Shown here piece by piece: positions 23,151 to 38,003 of a stretch of 64,000 nt of DNA. Location: NCBI RefSeq assembly GCF_009914755.1, contig NC_060925.1; one strand, 5' to 3'. Source of the stretch: the human T2T-CHM13v2.0 reference genome, Homo sapiens. Every line of letters starts with the position of its first letter. The first letter of the stretch is position 1. The notes under the pieces were generated by a model. That model was not told where the DNA came from and did no database searches. It saw nothing but the letters and a program-made list of their open reading frames with translations. The translations under genes and the position numbers were made by a program.

Positions 23151-25411
23151 CAACTCGCATGAGGCTGCCCAGCTGTCAAAGTGTTAAAACTGTTCAGAGA
23201 GGCCTGACACAAAGGCGATACTGTGCATAACCAAATCTTTAATGAATCAGAAGCTCACAGCACCTCGAGGCATCATAAGATTACACATCTTATGAGCTGT
23301 GGTTGCTGTGCAGACATGCCAATAAACGAAGAGTTCTGATAGACGGAATATCAGATGCCAGAAACTACAGTGTGGATCATCTAGTCTGGGGCTGGTGGTT
23401 TGGTTGATTAGAATATGGAGGTAATGAGGCCAGGGCCACAGAGTGAAAAATACCTTAAGGACTCCTGCTGGTATCCTCCACCCTAACCCGTCATCCTGCA
23501 CACCTCAGCAGGGTGTGAATGTCACCAAGTGACATGCCAGCCTCTCTGGGAAGCGTGTCAAAGCTGACAAGCCCCACTGATGGTGGATCAGCAGAGATAT
23601 CCCATATACAGAAAGGATTTCAGGCTTCTGGCATTCCTAAGCCCTCTAGTTGGCCCATTAAGAAGTTTTATGGCTGCTGAATTAATTTTTAAAATTTCTA
23701 AAAAGCATTTCAGCATTTACCAAGCGGTTCTAAATCTCTGGGGTATAAATGTCACCCTCTGCACACAAGACCATTAAAATCCTGCTTTCTACACCTCTCT
23801 CAGAAAGGAAATGTCAACCAGGTCTCCAGGGCCAGTGGGGCCCATGCTGCACCCATGCGTGTTGTTCTGGATCCCTTTAGGCTCACCTGGCTGCATTCTG
23901 GGGCCCAGAGTTTTCCTGGAGGATAGCAGGGCTGTGGGGGACAACAGACAAGAACGACCACCTATTCTGTGACCCCCGTGGGGGTGGGCACTGACATGCA
24001 TGAATGACCTTCTATCTCTATCCAGATGCTGCAAAGTAGGTGGGATCATTCCCATTTCACAGATAGGGAAACTATGGTTCAGAGGTGGAGCAACTTTTTC
24101 AAGGTCATACAGATAGTAGGTGATGGATTCGGATTTTGAAACAGGTCTGAGGCCAAGGTTGGTGCTCCTCTCCCTTCTCTATAGCTGCCATCTAGACAGC
24201 AGTTGCCAACAATTAGGTTGGCTCCAAAACTGCCCTCTAATGACTCCAACCTGTGACCATGGTGCCCCTCTGAGCCTTCTGTAACCAGTGTTCGAAAACA
24301 GAATAAGCACCTGTACCCCAGACATATACTCCTCATCTTTTCTTTTTAATTCAAGAAACGTCTGGGAAAAAAATTCTTGTCCTCTTCCAAAAGTTGAGAG
24401 GTCAAGGCAAAAATACCCTACACTCACCTCCTCCTCTGAATTGAGAAAGCCCTTTTCCAGACAGCCCATCTACCGTCCACTCTTGAATCTGAAAGGAGTC
24501 ACTTCTTGCCCAATCTCTCTACTTCTTTTTCTTTTGCCAGCTCAGAGCTGGTCCTGCCTGGTCCCCTTGTCTGTCTGGTTTTGAGTACTCCTGGGGGCAG
24601 AGCCTTTATTCTTGGCCCCAACCAACCAGATCTCCTTGATGGCTGGACCACTGGCGGACTGCAGAGTGTGGGGCTGTAGCCACAGGTGCTGGGGGCTGGG
24701 AGACAGGCTGGCAGGGAACAGGCTGGCTTGGTGGCATGCTGGACCCACCATCCAGCATCTGGGATCTGCTGTCTGGAGCTGGCCTGCATCAGGGTCACAG
24801 ACTGTCGGAGTGGAATGGCCAGGGAACACCCCTCAGCAGACGATATCCACCTATTTTCCAACCACAGAATCCTTCGGGTAAGCTACACTGGCATGGGGAG
24901 ACAGAGGCAGCCCGGGTGGAAGAGACTTGGGGCAAGAGCTCCACCTGCCCACTCCCTTTCTGCCCAGGAGTGGGATCCTCAGAACCCCAGGCTCCGAGGA
25001 GCTGTGGAGAAATCGCTGGTCTAGCCCGACTCCCTCACTTTGCAGGTGAGAAACTGAGGCCTGGAGAAGGAAAGTAACTTGCAGGGGTCACAAAGCAGCA
25101 CTAGGAGCAAGGCCAGGCCCCTTCTCCAACACCACCCTCTGCTCTTTCTTGCAAGTCCCCTTCCTCACTGGACTAACTGCACCTTTGGATGCTCCATAGG
25201 CCCTGCCGGAGCCCTGATGTAACACCCGGCACCTGGGTGGTTGGTACAGCCACTTTCTGCACTGGACTGTGAACTCCCTGAGGGCAGGGACCCAAGCAGT
25301 CTCTGGCACAGGGAAGGAACTGGATATTTATTCTTTTAGGTGAACAAGGAAGGAAGGGAGGGAAAGGGGAACTGGCAAATAAAAGAAGAAAAACATTTTC
25401 TTGTCTGGTAT

Positions 25412-25563
25412 ACAACCAACCAAAGAGAATGAGTAGGAACAGCCAGTGACGTGAAAGGCCAATCAGGAGAGTGTGGCATCTGGAAGACAAGGGAAGAAAG
25501 TGTGCCTAGATGGAGGGAGGGCCCAGCTGTGTGGGATGGTGCTGATGAGCACACAGGATGAAG
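25412..25563. repeat. 152-bp dispersed duplicate, copy 1 (L2-derived)
   Basis: 148/152 identical to 26433-26584. Confidence 0.97.
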
Positions 25564-25593
25564 AAACATGGGACTCTCTAAACACAGGGGGAG

Positions 25594-25595
<2 letters not shown>

Positions 25596-25628
<33 letters not shown>
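25596..25628. repeat. (CA)n microsatellite
   Basis: Directly visible. Confidence 0.97.
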
Positions 25629-25630
<2 letters not shown>

Positions 25631-25894
25631 ATAGAGCCCTACACACACACACAACCACAAGGCTGCTGGAGGGATCTGACAGCACCTGGCACTGTGGGCA
25701 CAGAGCAGAGGCTTGGTAAGGACCAGCATCCCTATATGATGAGTAGGGCTCTTCTTGAAGCCTTAGCTTTGGTGACCAGGACTCCGCAGGGGAGAGATTG
25801 AGGCCAAGTATTCCCACCTCCTAAAAAGAGTCTAGATTAATTGGGGCCACATATCTTTGATTAAAGATCCAAGGGCTTTTGAACGATGAGACTA

Positions 25895-26360
<466 letters not shown>

Positions 26361-26432
26361 CACCATGAGACTGGATGAGATGACCAACGTCATGGGGATA
26401 GATAGAATAGAGAAGAGCTTCAAAGGCGGTGG

Positions 26433-26584
26433 ACAACCAACCAAAGAGAATGAGGAGGAACAGCCAGTGACGTGAAAGGCCAATCAGGAGAGTGTGGCAT
26501 CTGGAAGCCAAGGGAAGAAAGTGTGCCTAGATGGAGGGAGGGCCCGGCTGTGTGGGATAGTGCTGATGAGCACACAGGATGAAG
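26433..26584. repeat. 152-bp dispersed duplicate, copy 2 (in native L2 context)
   Basis: Embedded in antisense L2 (atgagactggatgagat...gatagaatagagaagag); 148/152 identical to copy 1. Confidence 0.97.
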
Positions 26585-26843
26585 GCAGAGCTGACAACTG
26601 GATTCACGATTCTTTTATTTCCTCCTCTTTCCTTTCTGCTCCTTTAGGTAAAATTTAGATACAGTGAAATGCACAAATCTTAAGTGTACCATTCAATAGA
26701 TTTTGACAAATGCAGACGTCTGTGCAACCCAAAGTTCTATCAAAATATAGAACATGTCATCACCTCAGAAAGTCCCCTCATGCATTTTCCCAGTCAACAA
26801 TCCCCCTTCCCACTAAGAGGCCACCACTGTTCTGCTTTTTTCA

Positions 26844-27486
<643 letters not shown>

Positions 27487-30424
27487 CTATAGTGTATGCC
27501 CTGTTTTATTTCCAATGTTGGTAATTTGTGTTCTCTCTCTCTCTCCTTCTCTCTCTCTCACACACACACAAACACTTTTTCTTGAATAGCATAGCTAGGA
27601 GTTTATTTTTTCAGAAAACCAACTTTTGGCTTTGTTAATTTTCTCTATTTTTTTTTTCGTTTCATCAGTTTCTGCTCTTTATGATTTTCTTTCTTCTACT
27701 TACTTTGGGCTTATTTCGCTTTTATTTTTCTAGATTCTTAAAGTAGAAACTTAGGTCATCGATTTTAACCTTTCAGGTATTTAAAGTTCCCTCTCAACAC
27801 TGCTTCAGCAGCATCTCATACATTTTGACATGTACTTTCATTATCATTTCAGGAAGAATATTTTCCAAATTCTCTTGTGATTTTTTTGACTCATGAATTA
27901 TTTAGAAGAGTGTTATTTAATTTCAAATATTTGGGAGTTTCTAGACACTTTTTATTTATCTCTAATTTAATTCCATTATACTCAAAGAACATTTTCTGTA
28001 TAATTTCAGTCCTTTTAAACTTATTGAAACTTGTTTCAGAGCCAAACATATTTTCTTAGTGAATGAACCATATGCACTCAAAAATCATGTGTATTCTACA
28101 GTTGTTAAGTATGCACATATATTTGTTTGCTTTGTCTTCCCAGTGAATGTCCTCATAAAATGTCACTCTGTTTCTGTTGATACTCTTTGTTTTGAAATCT
28201 GTTGTATCTGGTATTAATCTGTTCTCCAGTCTTCTGGTTACTGTTTGTGTCCTATATCTTTTGCCTTTTTTTTTTACTTTCAATGTATCTGTGTCTTTAT
28301 ATTAAGCATGCATCTCTTTTAGATAGCAAATAGTTGAGACTTAGTCTTATTTTTCCCCATTCTGATGACCAATGCATTTTAAACAGTGTTTAATCAATTT
28401 AGAGTTGGAATAATTATTGGTACGGTTAAATTTGTCTACCATTTTACTATTTGTTATCTGATTAGTCAACTCTCTTTTTGGTCCTCTGTTTTTTGGGGGT
28501 TTTTTTTCTTCTTTCTTTGGGGTTATTTTTAGAATTTCATTTGAATTCATCGATAGGCTTTTTGCATCTTTATATTTTTGGGTTTTTTTGTGATTGATCT
28601 AGAGATTATAATATATATCTTTACATTTTTAATCTGCTTACAACTGATATTGTGCGACTTTAAATAAAATGTAAGAATTTGGAGCCACATACATCTACTT
28701 ACCAGCCCTCTTCCTTTATGTTGGAGCTGTCATTTGTGTTATATTTACATATATTGTAAATGCCACAATAAAATGTTATCATTTTTGCCTTAAAATGTCA
28801 TATCCATTTGAAAGAAATTAACAGAAAAGTAGCCTTTAGTACTTACCATTTGCAGTGCTTCTCATTTCTTCCTAAAGATTCAAATTTCCATTTGGCATTA
28901 TTTCCTTTCAGTCTGAAACACTTCCTTCATCATTTCTTGTTGTGCAGGTCTAATGGTGATGAATTCCCTCAGTTTACATTTATCTTTAAAAGACTTCATA
29001 TTTCAAGGCCAGTTTCTCCAGACACAGAATTCTGATTGATGGTGTCTTTTTTTCTGTCATTACTTTAAAGATGCTCTTCCACTGCCTTCTGGTCTCCACT
29101 ATTCCTGATAAGAATTTAGTAGTCATTTGTATTGTTGGTTCCCTGTCTGTGTGGTATCATTTTTTTTTCTGCCTGCTTTCAAGAGGTTCTTTACATCTTT
29201 GATTTATAACAGTATGACTATAATGTGCCCAGGTGTGGTTTTCTTTAGACACAGCTTGCTTAGGGTTTGCTGAGCTTTTTAGGTTTATACATTATGTCTT
29301 TTATCATGTTGGGGAAATTTGGGCCACTGTGTCTTCAATTATTTTTATGTCTCATTTTTTTTTCTTCTCTCATTCTGAGACGCCAATTACATGTATGTTA
29401 GACCTTTTGATATTGTCCCGCTGATCACTGAGTGCCTGTTTATTTTTGTTCTCTGTTCTTCAGATTAGTACATGTCTACTGATCTGTGTTCAGGTTCCCT
29501 GACTCTTTCTCCTGTCATTGTAAATGTGCTGTTGAGCCTATCCAGTGAATTTTTTTTATTTTACTTATCATATTTTTCAGTTTTATAATTTCTATTAGGT
29601 TTTATTTAGTATCTCAATTTCTTTGATAACAGTTCTTATTTATTTATTACAAGCATATTTTTCTTTATATCTTTGAGCAAAAGTATAATTTCTGCTTTAA
29701 AATACTTGTCAGTTAATTCCAGTATCAAAACCATTTTATGATCAGTCCTCATGTATTGTCTTTTCTCTCAATTATGAGTCAGGTTTTCTTGTTTCTTACT
29801 ATGTTAGTAATTTTGGATTGCATCCTGGACTTCATGAATGATACATTGTATTACTTCTGGATTCTGTTCTTCACCCCTCTGAAAAGTGTTGATGTTTTGT
29901 TTTAGGAGGCAATTAACTGGCTGAACTCAAACTTCAAACCCCGTTTCCTTTAGGGTGAGCGTCAGCTGAAATCGCTGTTCAGTTCTGTTGGTTCAGTTGG
30001 GCTTCTTGGATTCTCCCCTATGTTTGCATAGTTAAAGAGTCAGTCAGAGATTTAGGCTAAGTTTATATTCAGAATTTGGGGCACTCTCTCTGTGACTCTC
30101 TCCTTTCCAATATGTCCCTCCTCCATTTTCCAGCTGCCCTAAACTCTCTCCTCTGGTTATCTAAGCCAATAAGACTATAAGCTTCTACTTGGGCTTTAAG
30201 ACAGTCTGCATGAAGCTAATTGCAGTCTGCCCTTTGATGAAAAGCTATAAAATGGAAAACTTACACAATGAAATTTTACTTATCTGAGTGCCAGCTTCCC
30301 TTAGTTTCTTCTTGCTTTTGGTGACTGTCCAGTATTTGCAGGTAGTTGCTACTTTTTGTATTTCACCCAGAGTTTATAGCTGTTGTCTTTAGGAAAGATG
30401 ACTATGATTTGCTAGAACCTTCTG

Positions 30425-31700
30425 ATCATCAAATTTAGTGACATGGAAGTCATTGGTGCCTTGACCAGAGCAATTTTGTTTGAGTGGTAGGGGCAGAAAC
30501 TTGACTGGAGTGGGTTCAAGAGAAAGAGGAAGAAAAGGAATTTTAGAGAGTGAGGACGGACAGCTTTCTGAAAAGGTATTTGTAAAGTAGAAGAGATAAA
30601 TGAGGTGCTTTTAGAGAGTGAATGTGGCATAAACATAGATTTTTTTGTAAAATAAAATCATGTTTTATATACTGATGGGAATAATATGGCAGGGAAGGAG
30701 AAATCGATGACCCGAGAGGGAGGAAAAAATTGCTGGTGTGATGTAGGTGAACAGGCATAGGACCTGATCCATAAGTGGAAGGGTTGGCCCTGGCTGGGCT
30801 GTGGACAGCTCAACTATGGTTCCCGAGGCAGGTGGGGATAGATGTGGTGGTGGGAGATTATTGGAGTTCTCTTTGTGATATGTCCATGTTCTCAGTGAGA
30901 TCTGAGAGTGAGGATAGAGGAGGACATGTTAGACGGTGGAAGAGGGTAGAAGGCATGAAATAGTTGAGAAGTGTAGGAAAACTAAAGAACTAGTGAAATA
31001 TAGTAGGAATGCTGGGCAGCACTGAGAACCCGCTTAAGGTTGGTGGTAATGAATTTAAAGGAAGACTGGTCAGCACAGTCATGTGCTTACTCTACCCACA
31101 TGTTGCTACCACACAGTGAAGAGGACTTAACCAGGGGGTTTTGCAGGCAGGTCAGTGAGGCAAGAGAGGAGGAAGGGAGTTAAGGATGTGGGCAAGGGAA
31201 TGGCTATAGACGAGCCATAAACTTTAACCTGGGTAAGGAAGGAGAAAACACGAGGGGGTTGGTTGAGAGATCATGAAAATTAACATGATAGTATGAACGG
31301 ATTGCAGGGTCCAAAGAGTGATTAGGGCCTGAGTACTTGAGGCAGTGAGGTGTCATTTGGAAAGTAGTGGTCAAAGAGTGTGTTGCTTGGAATTGAGAAT
31401 ATGAAGGAATTGTCATTATTGGTCACAACAAGGTTGACCAACCATGAAAGTAAATGGCTAAAGTGGGATAGAGGACAAAAATCTCTGGAGAAGAGATCAA
31501 GAAACCAAGAGGCCAGGATATCGGAAGGATTGTACTCAAAGTTTTTGAAATCATCAAGAATTATAATAGAACTAACATTGAGAAAGTGATGGTAGATTGG
31601 AGCGAAAATCTTCAGGGAAGTGACAGGAGTGCCCCAGGGGTCTATCAGTGACTGCAACAGAAGGGACAGCGGTGGGATAGTGTGATGACATGAGACACTT
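30425..31700 (-). mobile_element. L2 LINE with ORF2 remnants
   Basis: Minus-strand ORFs give PLQSSFCPYHSNKIALVK (RT-like, compare PLQSGFRPHHSTETALVK) and IIILDDFK (APE endonuclease-like, compare IILGDFN). Confidence 0.8.
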
Positions 31701-32489
31701 GTTTAACTAAACTGAAGTACGGCTCCACAGCAGCTCCAGACATTCCTCTATCCCACACTCCACCTATGATAGTTGCCAGTCAATACACAAACCATTTGGG
31801 GATGAAGAAGAGCTCTTCTCCACATACTCAGAGATAACTCGGAACAAACCCTTGTTTGAGATTAGATAGAGAAGGGCTCCATACTTCATATCTGGTGGTC
31901 TGGTAGGTCTGAGCCCTGTGGATCAAAGATCCTGGCTGGTGGTTACCCAAACTCCTAGCAATGCTGGCTAGGGGGATGGGTGAGGCTTGTGCAGGGGGTA
32001 CTGACAACTTGTCATATCATCAACCTACCAGCTTATCTTGAGAGGAGAGTTGCAGAGGTTGGTAGAGAGGTTGAGATGGAGTGAGAGACTCAGGTGTGAA
32101 AGAGGGAGGCAGAGGAGAGGGTCTGGCTCTTCACTAGAGAGCCAGGACACTGTGTGTGCCCCTGCTGCTCATTCAGGGGAAGCTGAGTCTCCAAGAGGGG
32201 AGCACTCACACAGCAACCCTCCGGCCCCTCATGGCTGCCCCTCAGAGCTTCTACCCAGCTTCCCCACACCTCCCTGGGCCTTCCCTTCTCCGCTCAGGGC
32301 TCCACAAAGTTCTGAACCAGCCTGAGCCACATGTGTTTTGGTTCATTTGTTTTTGAAAAACAAAAGACAACGGTTAATTAAATCACCACCCACCCAGTCA
32401 CCTCATCAAGTAACTCTGGCCTCATCTTTCATTCTTCCTTTCCCATTGAGGCACCAAGTCCTGACAACTCTAAACTATTACCTCATCTC

Positions 32490-33095
32490 CACACCCACTA
32501 CCGCTGTCTACCCTGGGCCTCCTTGAGGCCTGGCCCCTTCCACGGCAATAGGCTGGGCCTCCTGGCTGGGCCCTCTGCCTCTTGTTTCCCGCCCCTTTGC
32601 CCCCAGAGTGCCTCCACTAGAGTCATCTTTCTAAATAATGCTGACTGTATCCTTCCCCTGCTTAAATGCATCACCAGCTCCCACTTTTCTGTAGCCAGAA
32701 TTCTTAGACTATCACCCAAGGCTCTCCCAGGCCAGCCCCAGCCCACCCCTCCTGCCTCCTGCTGCTTCCCATTCACTCCCTCTACTCCACCCATGACTGG
32801 CATCTCCCCAAACACGATGTGCCAGGTTAATCCCACTGTCTTTGTGTTGCTTCTTCTGCCTGGTGTGCCTTTCCCCTGCCTCTGCCTGTCAAAATTCTAT
32901 TCATCCTTTGAGGCCCAACTGGCATGTCATCCCCTCTGTGAGGCCTGCGTGCACCTGTGTGGAGGCACGAGTCGTGCCCTGGCTTGTGCGTGTGTCTATT
33001 TTCCCCTCTGTGATAGTGACTTGCTCCATTTTTTGCCCTTTCGTCATACCTGGTACAGTGTCCAGCACAGAGCACAAACCCAACATGAGCTGAAT
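32490..33095 (+). mobile_element. L2 LINE 3' part
   Basis: agagtcatctttctaaa...cccctgcttaaa...aattctattcatcctttgaggcccaact...cagcacagagcac. Confidence 0.7.
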
Positions 33096-33109
33096 AGAAC
33101 AGGAGTCTG

Positions 33110-33620
33110 GATATAGATGCATAGAATTGCATGTTGAAATGACCTTAAAAGTCTCCCAGGCCTCCCTCCTGCAGCTGACTCTTGAAGACCCATAAACCTT
33201 CTTCCACATTGGCCAATCAGCACCCTCCAAGCACCTCCAGGGGAAGAGAACTCAAAGCTGTGCTGGCCGTTAGTCAAGTATCTGGTATTGCTCTGGCTTC
33301 TGGGTTCCTGCAACTTCCACTCACTGGTCTTGTCTTTACTCACTGGGGCCATGGAGAATCGGTCCAGCCTGTCTTCCCCATGACAATCCTTCCAGTATCT
33401 GAACACAGCTCTCTGGTGTCTCTGAGCTTTCTCATATCCAAGCTAAGCCTCCTGAGCTGCTTCAACCATTCCTCAAGGACATGATTTAGTGTCCCTCTTG
33501 GTCACCCTTCTCTGAACATGTCTCAGATTGTCACTGTCCCTCTTAAGAACTGGAGTTCTGAATAGGTAAAGGGACATCAGTTGTGGTCTGAGTTGCACCG
33601 AATACACCGAATACAGGGCT
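33110..33620 (-). mobile_element. L3/CR1 LINE 3' fragment
   Basis: ORF 33044-33406(-) FRYWKDCHGEDRLDRFSMAPVSKDKTSEWKLQ resembles the CR1/L3 ORF2 C-terminus (FKYLKGCH...LDLF..AP..RTR.NGWKLQ). Confidence 0.75.
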
Positions 33621-34908
33621 GGACTCTCTCAGATTTTGGATATCCCAAATCTGTCATCTAGGCCTGGAAATTGCCAGGTTGTGGGATCTCCAAACTCCAA
33701 TTCCTTGGAAACTCAGGCAAAGGTCTCTTTTGACTGCATGGCACCCCAGATCATCCAGCACCTTCAGCCCATGGTGGATCCTACTGTGCCACCTCCTCAA
33801 GGAGGAGCAAGGAAATTGGGCATGGCGTATGTTAGTATTGGGAAATGGGATTCTCCAGAGCCGATAGATCAGCTTCGGGATAAATTTATTCTCAGGTAAG
33901 TCTGAATGTGACAGTTCCAGCTGGGGAAGCAGCCCAGATGCCACAAAAAGTGATGCCTCAATGCAACTATCAGGAGATCCCAGATCTGCCGCAGAGTCAA
34001 CGTGTGGCCTTGGAAAAACCTCCTCACCAGCTTCCTTCCTGCTGAAATAAGGGGATATCTGGGGTCCCTGCCAGCCCAAATCAGACCTTCATGTGAGTTT
34101 TGTGGAACGGAAATCCCTGCCTTCACTCTGTGATTCTCAGAGCATTGGCGCTCTCAAGGTCTCCTTTTCCCATGCCCATCAGCTTCCCTAGGTTCTCAAC
34201 AAGCCCCACACACTGCCCCCAGCCTGCCCCAGCTCCCTGGCTAGGACTGAGAAGCCTCCAGTTTGGCATTCCTGCACAGATTCCCACACCCTCCCCCCAC
34301 CCAGCCTCAACCTCCCTGTACCAGTGGCAGGGAGCTAGAGAAGCCGTGAGTCAGGCTGTCAGAACTGGCCCTGCCAGTTCCACCTTCTGTCTAACCACAG
34401 TGTCAGCAAAAGGCGAGTCGAGATTTGGCTAGAAAACTCTGCTGCCACCATTCTCCAGGTGGGCAAGGCAGACAGAACTTCCCTGCATAAACTGAGCCCA
34501 AGCACTGGATTCGTAGAAGTCCTTTCCAACTTCCCTCAGCTGGGGAGGACACCTTTTACAATGACCATCAGGCCCATGGGAACTGGCAGGAACTTCCCCC
34601 TGCTGGCAGGAACTTCAACTACAGGACTAGATTGGCAGATTTGAGAGAACAAATAGCATTTGAGACTCAAAATAAAAGTCAAGCCATCCAGTATACAGGA
34701 GAAATCAAGGTTGGTAAGAACAGCCTCCCCATAGACCCTGGTGAGTTGACGATGCCTGTACCAGCCCTGCCCCCCCCAGAAAGGATTTGGAAGAGAAGCC
34801 CCAGCAGATCCTCTCCAACACCACAAGACTCAGCTTCTCACTTAGAAAATGAGCTCAAGGGGTCCTGCAGCATCCAAAGAGCCTTGCATAAAATCTTAGT
34901 AGTTGCTA

Positions 34909-34963
34909 TGTGTGTCTGTGTGTGTGTGTGTCTGTGTGTGTGTGTGTCTGTGTGTGTGTGTGT

Positions 34964-34999
<36 letters not shown>
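34909..34999. repeat. Interrupted (TG)n microsatellite
   Basis: Directly visible; TC interruptions. Confidence 0.97.
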
Positions 35000-35001
<2 letters not shown>

Positions 35002-35630
35002 GGGAATTAGATTAGCATTTCCCAAAATGAGTTCCAGAGGATGTTCACAATGCTAAGTGACAAAGGAGGTCTAAGTTTTGGAAACTCTGGGCTAAATGAG
35101 TGAATCAGTTTTTTTTACTCGTGATTCTCAGCAGTTTTAACGTGCTCATGTGTATCATAGCAGAGAAAGAAAGAGAAAAAGACAAAGGTGGCATGAAGCC
35201 CCTCCCAACTTACTTCAGTGCAGAAAACTTTAACAGAACTCCAATTTCAGAGAGCCAGTTTGGGCAGCCACACTGAGATTGTTTAAGCTTACTTCCAAAG
35301 GGAAATTCTGGAATCCCAGACAAAGGCTCTCCTGGAACAAGTCAAATGGCAAAGCAGATGGGCATGGACTGGGAGAGTGTGTCCGCAGACCAAGTGCAAC
35401 TGATGAGCCCTGCAGGGGGAATTCCAGCATGCTCAGCCTCGAAATCTGGACAGGCTGGTGGACAGGCTGCCATGAAAGTAGGAGTCAAGATATAAGACAG
35501 GAGCAGGGCTCGCTGCATTCTTTGAAATGCTCTCTCCTGTCTCCCTCCTGTCACCATCTGAGACAGGCTCCCAGAATCTCTGTCTTTTCAAGGAATGAAG
35601 GACCTTTGGGACTGCAGGGTGACCTAGTTC

Positions 35631-35767
35631 AATACTTCTCAAACTGGAATGTGCACATGGATCCCTGGGGATCTTATTAAAATGCAAATTCTGAGATTCT
35701 GCATTTTTACAAGATCCCAGGTGGTACCATTGATGCCGGTCTGCGGGCCACACTTTGAGCAGCAAGG
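35631..35767. mobile_element. MER5-family hAT MITE
   Basis: cttctcaaactggaatgtgcac...cttattaaaatgcaaattctga...ccacactttgagcagcaagg. Confidence 0.75.
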
Positions 35768-36540
35768 TCCTGGCCAATCCAGGAAGACTTCCTGGAAGGG
35801 CAGACTTATAAAAGAAGGGCAACTTGGAGGGAAAAAACACATGGAAGCAGAGCTGAGGCTGCAGAATAATGTGGAAATGGGGAGAGAGTGTGGAAGTGAG
35901 GATTGTTTAGAGAGATAGGGAGAACAAGGAGGCCAGGGTAGTCTGGGGGCACGGATTTTACAGTTAGGAATGGGGTGGGAGACACAGACGGGGGGCTGGG
36001 AGGTGGATGCTGGGAGGTGGGCAGGGCTCTCTCTGGTCCACACCGGCAGGGCGACAATAATTCAGGTGCAGGGCTCCCAAACCACACCCAGGGGGAGCTC
36101 TAATCCCTCAAGAGAGCGATGAAGACTTGGGGCTCCTTGTCCATCCACTCCTTGGAATAGATCTCTGCTGTCCTGGTGGGAGGTGGGAGGTGGGCGGGAG
36201 GTGGGGGTGTCATCAGCACTGGCGACTCATCTTCCATCACTGTCTGGCTGCACATGGCAGGGCAAGGCCGGCTGGGCTGACTCCTTCTGAGGAAGGAGAA
36301 GGTGGGAAGGAGGAAGCCAGACAAGGCTCACCCTAGGCCTGGGGCATGGGAGGAAAGGGAAACCTAAGTTGGAGGAAACTAAGGGCAGGCAGGAAGGAGG
36401 GGATGGACATCACAATTAAGGGAAAAGGACAGGGAGCCGGGGACCCTTCCTATCTCCACAATATGCCAAAGATGACAGCAAACGCTTATCTGCTTGTTCC
36501 ATGTGCCAGGCACTGTTCCAAGCACTTATATTTATAGGAG

Positions 36541-36911
<371 letters not shown>

Positions 36912-37684
36912 TGAAGAAACTGAGGCACAGTAACTTGACTGAGGTCACTAAATAAATACCTAGTGCAGCTGGGATTGGACCCAGGGAGTCTGGCTTCAGA
37001 ATCCATGCCCTTCAACACTTTCTAGAATCCAAGCAGATTCTGGGGCACATGTGACTTCCTCCCACTCCCTGCCACTCTCAACCCCTGCCTGAGCAGGATG
37101 CAAAATGAGTTGCTGCTGGCGAGGACATTAGTATCCTTCTGTCCCATGTGGCAAGGCAGCCCGGTCTCTTTCTCATGAAAATCTCCTTTCTGACTGGTTC
37201 CCGACTCATTCATTCAGAGTGCAGCAGCCCTGGCCTAGACAGCTCCACTAGCCAAAAATGGTGTTTCCTGAACTCTTCAGATTGTCAAATACCCAACTAC
37301 GCCTGTTCTGGAGCCCCCAAATCTTCTGTTCGGCAAGATTCTCCCTCTGCCCTTTGTGGAACACTGTGTAATATATGCAGTCTATTAAATAAGAGCCCTC
37401 AACTTCCTGGGCAAACATCGTTCATTCATTCAGCAAGTAGTTACTGAGGGCTACCGTGTGCCCAGTGAGCAGAACAGACATCCCTGAACTCTTGGATCTT
37501 ACAGTCAAGTGGAGAGAGAGACGGACAAAAAAACAAGGTAAACAGTGAAAACATATTGTATGTAAAAGACAAAAAGCTCGGAGAGAAAAGTCAGACAGGA
37601 GAGGAGACTGGGAGCGCAGTGTGGAAGGGTGGGGGCTGCAAAGGGAGCTACTGTGGCTGGGGCTGGCCTCCCAGGGAAGGCTGA

Positions 37685-38003
<319 letters not shown>

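Noticed and set aside
33859-33901. Perfect CAG|GTAAGT donor in the intergenic region suggesting a lncRNA exon
   Set aside because: A single 9-mer is compatible with chance; weak upstream acceptor and no linked exons identified
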